A stretch of 64,000 bases of DNA, taken from NCBI RefSeq assembly GCF_006345805.1, contig NC_043010.1, forward strand, positions 52,018,001 through 52,082,000. The letters are read 5' to 3'. This stretch comes from Octopus sinensis. Its lineage: Eukaryota. Made by a program: the position numbers and the translations under genes. Under the pieces are notes generated by a model. It ran no database searches. It was not told the DNA's origin and was given only the letters and a program-made list of their open reading frames with translations. Shown here piece after piece: positions 12,214 through 24,157 of this stretch (position 1 is the first letter of the stretch; every line of letters begins with the position of its first letter).

Positions 12214-14609
12214 CTTTTATCTTTTACTTGTTTCAGTCATTAGACTGCGGCCTGTTGAAGAGTTTTAATCAAGAAAATCGACCCCAGTATTTAGTTTGGT
12301 AATCTCTCTTTTTTTTTTAAGCCTGGTACTTATTCTATCGTCTCTTTTGCCAAATCGCTAAGTTACGGAGACATAAACAAACCAATACCGGTTGTTAAAC
12401 GGTGGTGGCGGGCAAACACAAAGACACGTGAACACACACGTGTTTCTTTGACTTTCCGTTTACCAAATCCACTCACAAGGCTTTGGGACTACATTTTTTT
12501 AAGTACTTAGGGGTTTTTTGTTGTTTTTTTTTCTGCGAGGAAATCTGGCTTCTCTTTCTAGCAGATCGAGCGACCACCACTGAGATGAGTTTGTTTATAG
12601 AAGACATGCAGTGTATCAGTTAGTTTGGTCTGGCTGTATCCATGTCATTCTGTTTTTAATACAAAAATCCTACGGATTAATTGGGAACATTGCAGTGGTA
12701 CATTGATGCATCATTCTTTCTATGTAAGTATTATTTAAAAAAAAAAGAAAAAACAACATACTCAGATTACGTTTCTGTTATATTTTACATTCAAAGATGT
12801 TGTGGCATTAATACGTTGCTCTTTCTATTGTAATTAATTGTTTAACAATGTTTCTTTTATTATTTGACACTGGATGATAATAGTCACACTGATGCTTCGT
12901 GTTTTCATTGTAAGTGTTCTGCTAAAACTATGCTTAAACGACTATGGCCTGGGGAAAGAAACCATGAAGATATTGTTGTTATTTACATATTAGTCGTGCG
13001 TTCTTATTGACTTTTATTCCTCAAATTCCGAATCATCTTTTTACTGCGATTAACCCTTTCGTGGCCATATTTCTTACAAAATACACGCCATGTGTTTTAA
13101 TTGGATTTTGTTGTTTTAATTAATGAAGATATTTTTTCATTAAGGTTTTATTTTATTAAAAATAAATAACTTCTCTTGTTGTAGGTGAGTATTCGGGAAT
13201 GTTACAACAGAATTATTTTGCGTTCAAATGTGGATGTAAATAAATAATTTACAAAGCTGACCGGTCGGTCGGTCGTACAGGTTGTCTTGTAACTTTATAT
13301 ATCAAACTACTGAGGATTCCTGTTGCGAATGGAAGATATAAATCGAAGACTTGCAAGAGACATCATGAAATGTACAACGAAATTATGAAGTAATTATTGC
13401 ATTTAATAATCTGTAAGTGTGAAATTGATTATGTAATCTGCTTTCTCTTTTTTGTTTATTCTTTCAAACGCATATTGTTGATTCAAGAAATAATTCTTGT
13501 GGGAAACCTTAAGGACTACCTACAAAACTTTTTAAATAATACGAAAAAAATGTGGCTTCCATTCAAAGTAACATATTTTTTTGTATTTGTGTGTATCATT
13601 TAAAGTTAGAGGAGTTTGTGGGTTTCTTTTTTTTTTTTTACTTACTGTATTTTTAAAATCTAACTTGGAAAAGATTAGTGATACTCAAGGAGCCTATTAC
13701 AGTCGAATAAATGAAAAAGAAATTGCTTTATTATAATTAATTGGATTAAAAAGCTTAATATGGTTATTTTCCTTAGGCAACAAAAGTTGTTTTAATGTGT
13801 AGGACGGCTCAGTGTTTTCGAAACCAAAGAGGATGGACATCTTTATTCAAGTGTACCGGAATGTTTCATTTATTTATTGTTTTCGCTGCTTGTTGCGATT
13901 TGATAGAGATGGCGGGGTCAGTATGTCGGTCATTCGACACAGCAGAAGGAGAATTGGGGAACAGGTCACTTTAATTCAGAGGCAGCAGTCTTTCCGTGTT
14001 TGTGAAGACCGCATTAATTGAATTGTTGTTTAATCCCTAATCAAATCCCTTATCAAAGGTTGTGTATTTAGTCTACATAACTTTCCGTTTTCCTTGCATG
14101 TTCTTCGTCCACTTTTTTGATAAGGAATAGTTGTAAATTCTTGCTAACATATTCTATATGTCATCCTGTTTACCTTTCGGTAAGATGCTTTCTTTATACC
14201 ATTGAAAGTATAGTTCGTACATTTTTATCTATTTATTTATTTTTAATTCTTTCTTTAGGACACTTTACCAGATTAGATGAGCCACGGTGGCTTACAGTCG
14301 GAATGGAAGTTATTTTATTTTGTAAATATTATAACCATTCATGGAAACAACTGATTCGCTGACGACAAAGTTAAATTGGATGAATTTACACCAACTAAAT
14401 ATGGAGGGACGCTTTGCCTAAAAGATTTGTTTCAAGATATAATCTATATATGAAGAACATCAGAGGTTAGATTTCTGATAAGCATGCAGTAAAGGCATGC
14501 TTTTAAAAATATACTCTTTTATAGAAACACAAACAGCCAAGTGAGGAGAAATACTCAGAATGATGAGGTAAAGACTGTTTTTGGTTCAGGCTATAACATA
14601 TATAAAAAA

Positions 14610-15485
14610 ATGAAATTTAACAAAGAAATTGGTTTTTCAAATGACCGAAATAACTGTGAAATTATTTCAAGTGATGACGAAAATGCTCCCAAGGATGAGA
14701 TACGATTCCAATGTAAACTATGTGGGAAATATTTCTCGACAAATTTGGCTTTATCTGTACACATTGAGATACACACAAAAAGGACACCATTAATGGAACA
14801 CATGAAAATTGGGATTGAGGAAGGAACTTCAAAGTGTGAAGATTGTGGTAAATCTTTGTCTGGCTGTGATTGCCAATCTAAGAATAATGAAATACCTGGC
14901 CAGATTTATTGCTGCGAAGTATGTGGAGAATACTTTGAAACTGATTTACGCTTGATAGAACACAGTCGCTCACATGTTGGTAAAGGATACCACCACTGTT
15001 TAGACTGTGGGAAATTCTTCTTAGCCAAAAAATCATTAATGAAACACATTCGTGTACACTTTGGTGAAGAACCTTACTGCTGTGAAATTTGTGGTAAAAC
15101 TTTTGCACAGTACGGTACCTTAACTCAGCATAAAGTGTTGCACAACAACAGCGAGAAAGAATATGTGTGTAAAATTTGTAGTAAATCATTCTCTGAAAGT
15201 TGTAAACTGTTGGAGCATGGTAGAGTACACACAGGGGAAAATGCCTATGAGTGTATAATTTGTAGCCAAACATTTAATAAAATGAGTATTCTTGTGAAGC
15301 ACAAGAAAACACACATGGGCCACAGACCCTTCAGCTGTGATGTGTGCGATAAGTCATTTTTGAAAAAGAATCACTTAACAAGGCACCAAAGTTTACATTC
15401 AAGGAATACCTACAGCTGTTCCCTCTGTAAGAGATCATTTACTCGAAGAAAATTCTTAACCAATCATAAAAGGCGAGTTCACTGA
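14610..15485 (+). CDS. C2H2 zinc-finger protein, about 291 aa from the first in-frame ATG, 8 intact fingers plus 1 degenerate finger
   Basis: CxxC..HxxxH repeats in ORF 14541-15485; the GTG start in the track is unlikely; first ATG at 14610; TTTTATAG acceptor ends at 14524. Confidence 0.88.
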   Translation: MKFNKEIGFSNDRNNCEIISSDDENAPKDEIRFQCKLCGKYFSTNLALSVHIEIHTKRTPLMEHMKIGIEEGTSKCEDCGKSLSGCDCQSKNNEIPGQIYCCEVCGEYFETDLRLIEHSRSHVGKGYHHCLDCGKFFLAKKSLMKHIRVHFGEEPYCCEICGKTFAQYGTLTQHKVLHNNSEKEYVCKICSKSFSESCKLLEHGRVHTGENAYECIICSQTFNKMSILVKHKKTHMGHRPFSCDVCDKSFLKKNHLTRHQSLHSRNTYSCSLCKRSFTRRKFLTNHKRRVH

Positions 15486-16917
15486 TGGTTTCTATGGCTT
15501 TCCTTTACCTGATCATTCACCAAAAAATGGTATAGATCAGTGGTTATTTCATTGGTTGCCTTTCATAATTTGGATCTGCTTGAAACCACAAGTTGTCAGG
15601 TTTATCTACACACAGTAAAATGTTTTTTTTTTGTTTTTTTTTTTTTCATTTTATGAAGTGTGTAATAATTTTTTTTCCTTTTTCAGTAACTGTATTACTT
15701 TTTCTTATTAGTTCGGTTATACAGCTTTAAAGACTTGTTGAAAGTTTTCCTGGAAAGAAAAAAAAAAAAAAATGAAAAATGCATCACAAAGGTCGAGTTA
15801 GAACAAACTCATTTTTAACACAGTCTGGGGTGTGCGTCTTTCTGAGAACTTATTTGACCACATACCACTGAGGAACCATGTAACTGTAGAAGGAGTCACT
15901 TTTTGATTATGGAAGAAAAAGACATTTTAGATATATATATGGGAATTTCTATCGTTAATTCTGTGTTCAAAGACTGAAATATCACAATATATTATACCTA
16001 CACAACAAGACATTTTAAAGTTTATGAATTAGACAATCAAGTTCTTGTTTGGGGACAGAAAAAAGTACTTTTTTTCTTGTTTTGTTTTGTTTTTGCTCTA
16101 ATGTTTGTAAATGCATTATACTTCAGTTGGTTTGATTAATAATCTTTATGAAGGATTGTCATGATTTTAATGTTCATGATGCCATGCTTGCATTGCATGC
16201 ATAGGACAATTTGTTGATGTAGATTTTCTATGGCCAGATGCTTTTCCTGTTGCTAACCCTCATTTGTTTCCAAGCAAGCTAATATTTCCCTATGATTGGA
16301 CATGCTTCCCTGGGAGACTGCTTGAATGAGAGTATTGCTCATTTATAACCATTGCGTGATGCCAAGACAATGACACACACACACACGACAGTGTTCTTTC
16401 GGTTTCTGCTTATCAAATCCACTCACAGGGCTTTGGTTGGTCCATGGGAAGACACTTACCCTACGTGCCACACATTGGGATGGAACCCAAAACCAAGTGG
16501 CTTTGAATCAAACTTCTTAACCACACACCCATGCCTGTATTTCTTATTCTTTTACCTAAGTGTAACATTCTTATAGATGTGTTTGTGTGTCAGTTTCCTG
16601 GTGAATACAAATGTTATTAGCCTTAGAAACAAAGATATTTTGTTTCAATCTAGTCTGGTATAATGTACACATCAAGGTATAAGACACCTGGTGATGATCA
16701 GAGATCAGATCGATTGAAACATACAATAGATGTAAAAGCAAACAATGTTTCCTCTCTGGTAACGAGGCTAATGACTAACTGAGACAAGTAATTACTGCAC
16801 TTTTATGTTGATGTCTCTATTTCTATCCTTGATATAATAAAAATGTTTGGTTCCTCTGGACCATGAAATATATCTAATCAAAAAAAATGAACCCACTGCT
16901 AAATGATTGAGAGTAGG

Positions 16918-17388
16918 TCTGGATACAGTTGGTTAGCAAGATTGTAATATCTTGTCATGCTCTTAGCATTCTACAATGCTTACTAAAGCTTTTTTTTCTT
17001 AACCATGCGATCCACTTTTATTCTTGTCTATTCAAGGTTGACCTCACTCAGTTTTCATATAATCAGATAAACCTGCTCCAACTCAACCAAGAGTTGTAGG
17101 ATCTAACATCTATCCTATCCAAGTTTAGTTCACCTATCAAAGCATGCTACAGCTTTTGCGACCAGAGGTAAGCACTAAATGCTAAGTAGAGGCCAAAAAT
17201 GGAGAAAATTACAAGTTCTTCTAATGTTAAAAACTCTGGCTATAGTATTGAACAAATGTAAAAATGTAATATCACCTCTTACAATGTAGCCAGTAGTTAA
17301 AAAGCTAAGAGATGGTTGTATTGTTGCTAGCCGTATGATCCTCATCTATGCAAACAGGGAAAGCAACATAGACAGACCTTCCACATGA
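16918..17388 (+). repeat. Local duplication, copy 1 (copy 2 at 18048-18642)
   Basis: Colinear similarity from TCTGGATACAGT.GGTTAGCAAG to ACCTTCCACATGA. Confidence 0.85.
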
Positions 17389-18047
17389 CAACCATCTGCT
17401 CAGAATGACATGAAATTTTGCTAATGCTGTTTATATGTAATATGGAACCATGATGGAGAATGGTAGAGTCAGTGAAGTGAAGAACACAACAATACCTTGC
17501 ATTATTTAGTTATGTTCATTTACATACCAAAGCCAACTTTGTGTTTTCATCTTTCCACTGTTAAAATGAGCAGCAACTCATTACTGAGGTCAAACATCTC
17601 CCCTCAGAGTTTGAAACCTTTGAATATATGGTAGAAATCAGTATTTGTATTGGAACACAACTATATCAGTTGACTGCAGACAACCATTTCTTCATACATT
17701 CTAATCCAATATGACAAACAATTCCACCAATTCTTGTTTTACACTTAAAATAACAGAAAATCATAGCAAAAAGGTATGTTTTATGATTGTGACACATCTT
17801 TGAATGTACTATTAAAGCTTCAACAATACTCAGTATATCTTCTACTTTGATTGAGAAAGCTCTTGTTAACTATGTACTTATTGAGGAAATTGTTAATATA
17901 ATGTTAGAAATCAATCATCCTCTGTTGATCCATAGGATAATGGCCGTGTCATCACTTGGTGTTTGTACGTGAATTGGATTTAAGTGCAGGAACTTTGTGC
18001 ATCATCGAACTCTCATTCAAGTTGCAGTTTAGAGACATTGTAGTAAA

Positions 18048-18642
18048 TCTGGATACAGTGGGTTAGCAAGATTTTTGTAATATCTTGTCATGCTCTTAGT
18101 GCTCTACAATGCTTACTGAAGCTTTTTCTGTTTTTTTAACCCATGAAACCCACTGTTCTCGTATGCTTGACTTACCTCAGTCTCCACATGCTCAGATAGA
18201 CCTACTTGAACTCAACCAAGAGTCATGCGATTCAACAGCTACCCTCGCCAAGTTCAGTTCACTCATCAAAACGTGTTACAGGTTCTGGGACCAGAGGTAA
18301 ACACTAAATGCTAAGTGGAAGCCAAATGTGGAGAAAAATACAAGCTCTTGCAATCATCATCATCGTTTAATGTCCGTTCTCCATGCTAGCATGGGTTGGA
18401 TGGTTCAACCAGGGATCTGGGAAGCCAGAAGGCTGCACCAGGCTCCGGTCTTATCTGGCAATGTTTCTGGATATAGTATTGAAGAAATGTAACATTATCA
18501 TCTCCTACAATGTAGCCAGTGGTTAAAAAGTTAAGAGATGGTTATATTATTGCTAGCCATATAAACAATTCTTCATCTATGCAAACAAGGAAAGCAACAT
18601 AGACAGCCCTTCATCCCTCCTTAATTTTAACCTTCCACATGA
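18048..18642 (+). repeat. Local duplication, copy 2, interrupted by a SINE fragment (about 18352-18465)
   Basis: Homologous to 16918-17388. Confidence 0.85.
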
Positions 18643-19175
18643 TGATCATAACTGAATCATTTCCCTGAGAATTCTAAATCATTCAACCAATTCCTGTTCA
18701 TGGTATTGTAGTATAAATGACTGAATATTAATTCCATGGAGACTTGTACATTTTACATAATCATCCGTATGAGATAGCTAGCTGTTTGAATTACCAATAC
18801 AATACCTCAAATGGACTGCGGCACATTTTCCATGTACCCAATTTTACTCGTTCTTGGGTCAATTCAATTCTTCTATGGGTACAAAAAAATGCTTGCCTAA
18901 TTTTCTGTGCAGTGAGATCAAACAAAGAACCACACAGCAAGTGTCCAAACAAATACACATAAACTGACTTCAATACATCCTCTTGCAGGTACATGATAAT
19001 TTAGTCTCCTTTAACAGTACCAATGTGTGCCATGTTCTAAAAGAAAAAAAAAACTGATATTCGGTTATATCCTGTTACATCTGTAAATAAAGTTCTAAGT
19101 TATATTTGTGTTCTTTATTATTTTTTTTTTCCAATATTTCTGTACTGTTGTATTTTTGTTTAGAGGTATTAACAT

Positions 19176-19540
19176 TTACTCTTTTACTTGTTTCAGTCAT
19201 TTGACTGTGGCCATGCTGGCTGGAGCACCGCCTTTGGTCAGGCACATCAACCCCAGGACTTATTCTTTGTAAGCCTAGTACTCAATCTACTAGTCTCTTT
19301 TGCCGAACTGCTAAGTTACAGGGACGTAAACACACCAGCATCGGTTGTCAAGCGATGTTGGGGGTACAAACATACACACACACACACATATACGACAGGC
19401 TTCTTTCAGTTTCCATTTACCAAATCCACTCACAAGGCTTTGGTTTTCTCGAGGCTATAGTAGAAGACACTTGCCCAAGGTGCCATGCAGTGGGACTGAA
19501 CCCGGAACCATGTTCACTTACCACACAGCCACTCCTATGC
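19176..19540 (-). mobile_element. SINE family A
   Basis: Homology to 7030-7416. Confidence 0.8.
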
Positions 19541-19957
19541 CTTTGCTTATTTATTTAAGAGGAGTTGTGGAGTAACAGACAAAAGAATACCATCTGGTGG
19601 TTTAGCTAGAATCCTTAATGCTCTGAGTTCAAATCCTGTCATGGTAATCTTTGTTTTTCCTCTTTTGAGGGGATGATTAAATAAAGTACTTGCAGTGTAT
19701 ATGCCCATAGCTAACACAGTTACAATACATGTATGGTATACTAACTAATATAGTACATGTGTGTTACTCTAACAGTATCATAGTTGTACACCAAGCCATG
19801 TGGAATAACTGACTTCTTACTTGGTGAGGGTTTGTGTCAGTAAGCCAGCTGTAAAACTATGCTTTAAATAACTTTAGTCAATAAACAATATCAGAGAAAA
19901 ATCCACTATCTAATTATATTTTTGTCATTGTTTTACATGTTTTTGCATGGGTTAGAC

Positions 19958-20302
19958 CAGTGATACTCAACTGGAGTACACATGGCCCCTGAGGAACCTT
20001 ATAAGATTTTGGGGGGTCTACACTGTAAAATAGTAAATTGGGGATCTGCAATAGAATTTTAAGGACCCCTGAAAAAATTTTGCTATAGATGTATGTATTG
20101 GTTATGCATTGTAAGAAACGGGGTTTCTTTCTCTAACATTTTACATAGTTCAACCTGCACAAATTAATGTGAAAAACAATATAGGAATTTCAAAAGAAAT
20201 TTCTATAAAACTGTTTTTAAACACAAATGGCTGTGGGGGTCCACCAAAATAAAATAGTGATCAAAGGGACCCATAGATAAAAAAAATGGTTGAGAACCCC
20301 TG
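19958..20302. mobile_element. hAT-type MITE with perfect 8-bp TSD
   Basis: GGTTAGAC|CAGTGATACTCAAC ... GTTGAGAACCCCTG|GGTTAGAC. Confidence 0.88.
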
Positions 20303-20506
20303 GGTTAGACAAAAGTTATTTGAGGCATTTTACAGCTGGCTTGCTGATGCTAACCCTCACCAAGTAAGGAGTCAGTTATTCCACATGGCTTCAAAGGCAT
20401 CAAGTTCTCAGACAGATTATCTGCTGACATTCTTCCATTCCAGCTTACAATCTCAACCAACCAGTATTATTAAACCTTTTATTTTCAATACTGATTTGTA
20501 ACTTAA

Positions 20507-20727
20507 CCCTTTAGTGTTTGCATTATTCTACCAAAATTAATCCTTTTTTATCCACATTGTTTTGAACTAATCAGGCATTATCTTGTAGCTATGAGATTTT
20601 GATGAGGTAGCTGTTAATTTTTAAAACGATATTGTAGGGTTGGTATGAGAGACCAGATCTGGCCAGTTTGAACATAGAACAGGCAGAATACTTTTGGCCG
20701 GATATGGCTGGTTTAAATGCTAAAGGG
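20507..20727. mobile_element. piggyBac-type MITE (TTAA TSD)
   Basis: TTAA|CCCTTTAG ... CTAAAGGG|TTAA. Confidence 0.85.
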
Positions 20728-20852
20728 TTAAACATTACAGGATGTTTGATGACCAACTGCAGTATTTGGTTGGTATTTATCTTATCAGCCCTGGAAGTAT
20801 GATAGACCTAATGGACTAAAACTCGAAATAAGACTAAATACCATGAAATACC

Positions 20853-21081
20853 TATTTCTTTACTATCCACAAAGAGCTAAACACAGAGGGGACAAACAAG
20901 GACACATAGGTATTAAGTCGATTACATCGACCCCAGTGCATAACTGGTACTTAATTTATCGACCCTGAAAGGATGAAAGGCAAAGTCGACCTCGGCGGAA
21001 TTTGAACTCAGAACGTAACGACAGACAAAATACAGCTACGCATTTCGCCCGGCGTGCTAACGTTTCTGCCAGCTCGCCGCC
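20853..21081 (-). mobile_element. SINE family B with 18-bp TSD
   Basis: TSD TAAATACCATGAAATACC at 20835-20852 and 21082-21099. Confidence 0.88.
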
Positions 21082-21575
21082 TAAATACCATGAAATACCT
21101 TGTACATTACCCTCTTCTTTCATTAATAAGACATCCAGATTACTTAATCTTTGTTATTTCTTTACTCTCTGATTAAACATTGAACTTGTAGTCGTGGCAG
21201 ATATTGGTGTCATGCAAAATAACACCCATGCCAGTGGCATGTAAAAGCATTTATTACACTCTTGGAGTGGTTGATGTTAGGAAGGGCATCCAACCGTAGA
21301 AACCATGCCAAATCAAACTTGGAGTCTGGTGCAGCCCCTCAACTTACCAGCCCTGATCAAACAATCCAAACTATGCCAGCATGGACAACGGATTTTAAAC
21401 AATGATGATGATGATGATTCAGTGTCTACTACAAAATCGACTATGGGCTTATGTTTCTTTTTCATACAAATTTTCCCTACAAGAAATAGTTGCTTAAAAT
21501 AAAAGCATTGTATTAATGGTTTTTCAAGTTTTGAATTATCCCAGCTCATGTTTTAAAATCTTGGTAAAACAAAGT

Positions 21576-21927
21576 TCTCTTTTACTTGTTTCAGTCATTT
21601 GACTGTGGCCATGGTGGAGCACCACCATTAGTCAAGCAAATCGACCCCAGGATTTATTCTATCGGTCTCTTGCCGAACTGCTAAGTTACGGGGATGTAAA
21701 CGCACCACCATCGGCTGTCAAGCGATGTTGGGGGGACAAACATATACACACACACACATATATACGACGGGCTTCTTTCAGTTTCCGTCTACCAAATCCA
21801 CTCACAAGGCTTTGGTTGCCCGAGGCTATAGTAGAAGACACTTGCCCAAGGTGCCACGCAGTGGGACTGAACCCGGAACCATATGGTTGGTAAGCAAGCT
21901 ACTTACCACACAGCCACTCCTACGCCT
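21576..21927 (-). mobile_element. SINE family A
   Basis: Homology to 7030-7416. Confidence 0.82.
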
Positions 21928-21939
21928 TGTATTCTGTGT

Positions 21940-22110
21940 ATTCTGAACTTGCAGATCACACATAAATTAGTGCACAGTGAAGAAACCAAGTATCCTTGTG
22001 AAATATGTTGGAGATTATTTATAGTGTTTTCTCCGTAGACAAGTACATTCTAGGTACATCAATGTGAAATATGTGAAAATTCTGACATCACAAGCCACAA
22101 AATAATGCAG
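21940..22110 (+). pseudogene. Decayed C2H2 zinc-finger gene relic
   Basis: LQITHKLVHSEETKYPCEICWRLF then HQCEICE..., with a stop and deletions. Confidence 0.55.
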
Positions 22111-23658
22111 AGAATATAAAAAGAAAGAATCTCTGCAGAAATTTAAAAATAACAAAACAGTAATAGATTAAATGATTTTATTGTTTTATTTTTAGCTAAA
22201 TGCAACAAAGGAATTGTTAAAAAGTATTCTCTGAAAATAGAAAAACACAAATTAAAATTTGTATAAAATCATTTTGTTCTAATTAGTGATTCCTAAATTT
22301 AGCCTTAAAAAAATGCATGGTAAGACGAATCGATGGGGGAGACAACTGACATTGTGTCCCCAAAGTCGATCCCCTCCTCACCGTGGTGGGGACGCTGGCA
22401 ACGGGTAGTGTCAGAGCTATGCCGTCGGGAATTTCGGTTCCTGGTAGGGCCACCCAAGGCGGATTGGTCTGACACCGAGTGGTATTAGGGCCACAACCCG
22501 GCAGACGGGGCTCTAGTGAAAATCCTCGGAATGTGTGTTCCAGCAACCGGCGGCTCCTCGGTCATTCTGTCCCTGCATCTGCGGACAATCTACGGCAAAC
22601 AGGATGTCTCCACATGCGGGATTGTAGGGGACCGCTTGTGAAATTCATATTCCCACGAAAATTCTTCCACTGCCATGGTTTGAGATGCCTTGAGGGTGGT
22701 AGAAGAAGCCGACTCAACTCGCCCAGGGTGAATGTTGCCACAAGTACAAGTAAGCAAGTACAACTGACATTCCCAGTGCCTCCCTGCCTAGTTTCCCTGT
22801 AAAGAGCAAGAGCACAGCTATGTTCAGTTTTCGGCCTGATCCTTGAATTTCCTATGGTACCAGCAAATTGATGAAGTAAGAGGCACATATCTGTGCAAGA
22901 AAGCACAACGTCCAGTTCTCCCTGCAGAATTATTCCGTGAAAACGAATGGTTCCTGCACATGCATGCGACTTGAAAGGTCAGTTCTCCAATGGACCATAA
23001 GATTTTGGAGGATTGTGTGTCATCCAGAGCAGAAGAAGTACAAGCTCAAGAGGAGGACAAAGAAGTGAATTGAGGTCAAGGACAGGGACTCATCTTGATG
23101 ATAATAGGAAACAGGATGCCACAAAAAAAAGAAATGGTTAAAAGAAACACCATTAGAAATAGCTGTCAAACACCCTATTTAAAAGAAGACATGACAAGCA
23201 TCGAACTAGGAATTTTTTTCTTCCAGTAAGAGTGGATGAAATAGGAGAAGTCCTTGCTAACAGATAAAGAACAAAACATGGCGAACACGTGGATAATCCA
23301 GGTAGGGTTGAGAGACAGAAACTCATACCTGGCACCTAAGAAAATTGTTGTCCATGTCCATGTGAATTCTGGAGAAAATTCCAGATAATTTTTTTTTCTT
23401 TTTACATGCAAGAAGAAGATTCCCCTGGGAAGCTGTGTCTTTGAAGGTCCAAGTTGTAAATTCAGTTACAACTTGAGGAAAAAATGATGTGCAGTTTTCT
23501 GCTTAAGAATGGCACCAAAATTTTCTGGTGAAGAAGACCATATGGCAACGAGAGAGGTCAGTGGTATGTTCCTATACAATGGAAGGTGATCTGGTTACGT
23601 AGACAAAGTTGAGACGGAGAAAAAGGAATACATTTCCACTGGTCAGAAACTCGTCTGG

Positions 23659-23785
23659 GGTTCACCATTTTAAGAGGAATTGTGGTGTGTGCTGCGTTAG
23701 GTCACAAATTTAGATAGTCTGTGTTATATGTCAGGTCACCATTTTAGACAGTCTGTGTTCCATGTTGGGGTCACCATTTTAGATG
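23659..23785. repeat. Short imperfect tandem repeat (4 units, 34-41 bp) with core GGTCACCATTTTAG
   Basis: Cores at 23659, 23700, 23734, 23769. Confidence 0.7.
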
Positions 23786-24157
23786 GCTGTTTGAATCAGG
23801 GTTGTGGAGTCATCTCAAGATTGACTACTTCAGAAGGATACTTGATTGGAACACGATACAAAGAAATACATAGAACATGCCTTCAAATCATTACTGCTTC
23901 CAGTACTTCTGGTTTTCAATGATAAACAAGTTGCAGATAACCCTTCTTTCTTGTTTTTTCTTACACAAACAGGCAACAATTTTTATTTCAAAGTATTTAA
24001 ACAATTATTTGAGAAAACGAATGGCAGAGTTGGACTGTGCATATTTTAAAACCAAAACTTAAAAAGAAAAAGATCGAAAAACAGTGGAAAGTTTTGGAAT
24101 TAGGTGGGGAGGGAGTTGGAAATATTTTTTAAAAAAATTGGTTAATGTTTACTTTAA

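Noticed and set aside
14541-14609. GTG-initiated N-terminal extension of the second ZNF
   Set aside because: Non-ATG start; the nearest candidate upstream exon (donor about 14466) gives no open in-frame join, so ATG 14610 is preferred
17900-18010. - strand peptide TPSDDTAIILW resembling a WD40 strand
   Set aside because: Too short and flanked by stops; a gene assignment cannot be supported without a search
22495-22520. ACGGGGCTC resembling RNase MRP CR-V
   Set aside because: No matching GAAAGUCCCC CR-I motif upstream
23659-23785. CRISPR-like repeat-spacer appearance
   Set aside because: Eukaryotic context, only a 14-bp core, linkers resemble each other, no cas genes
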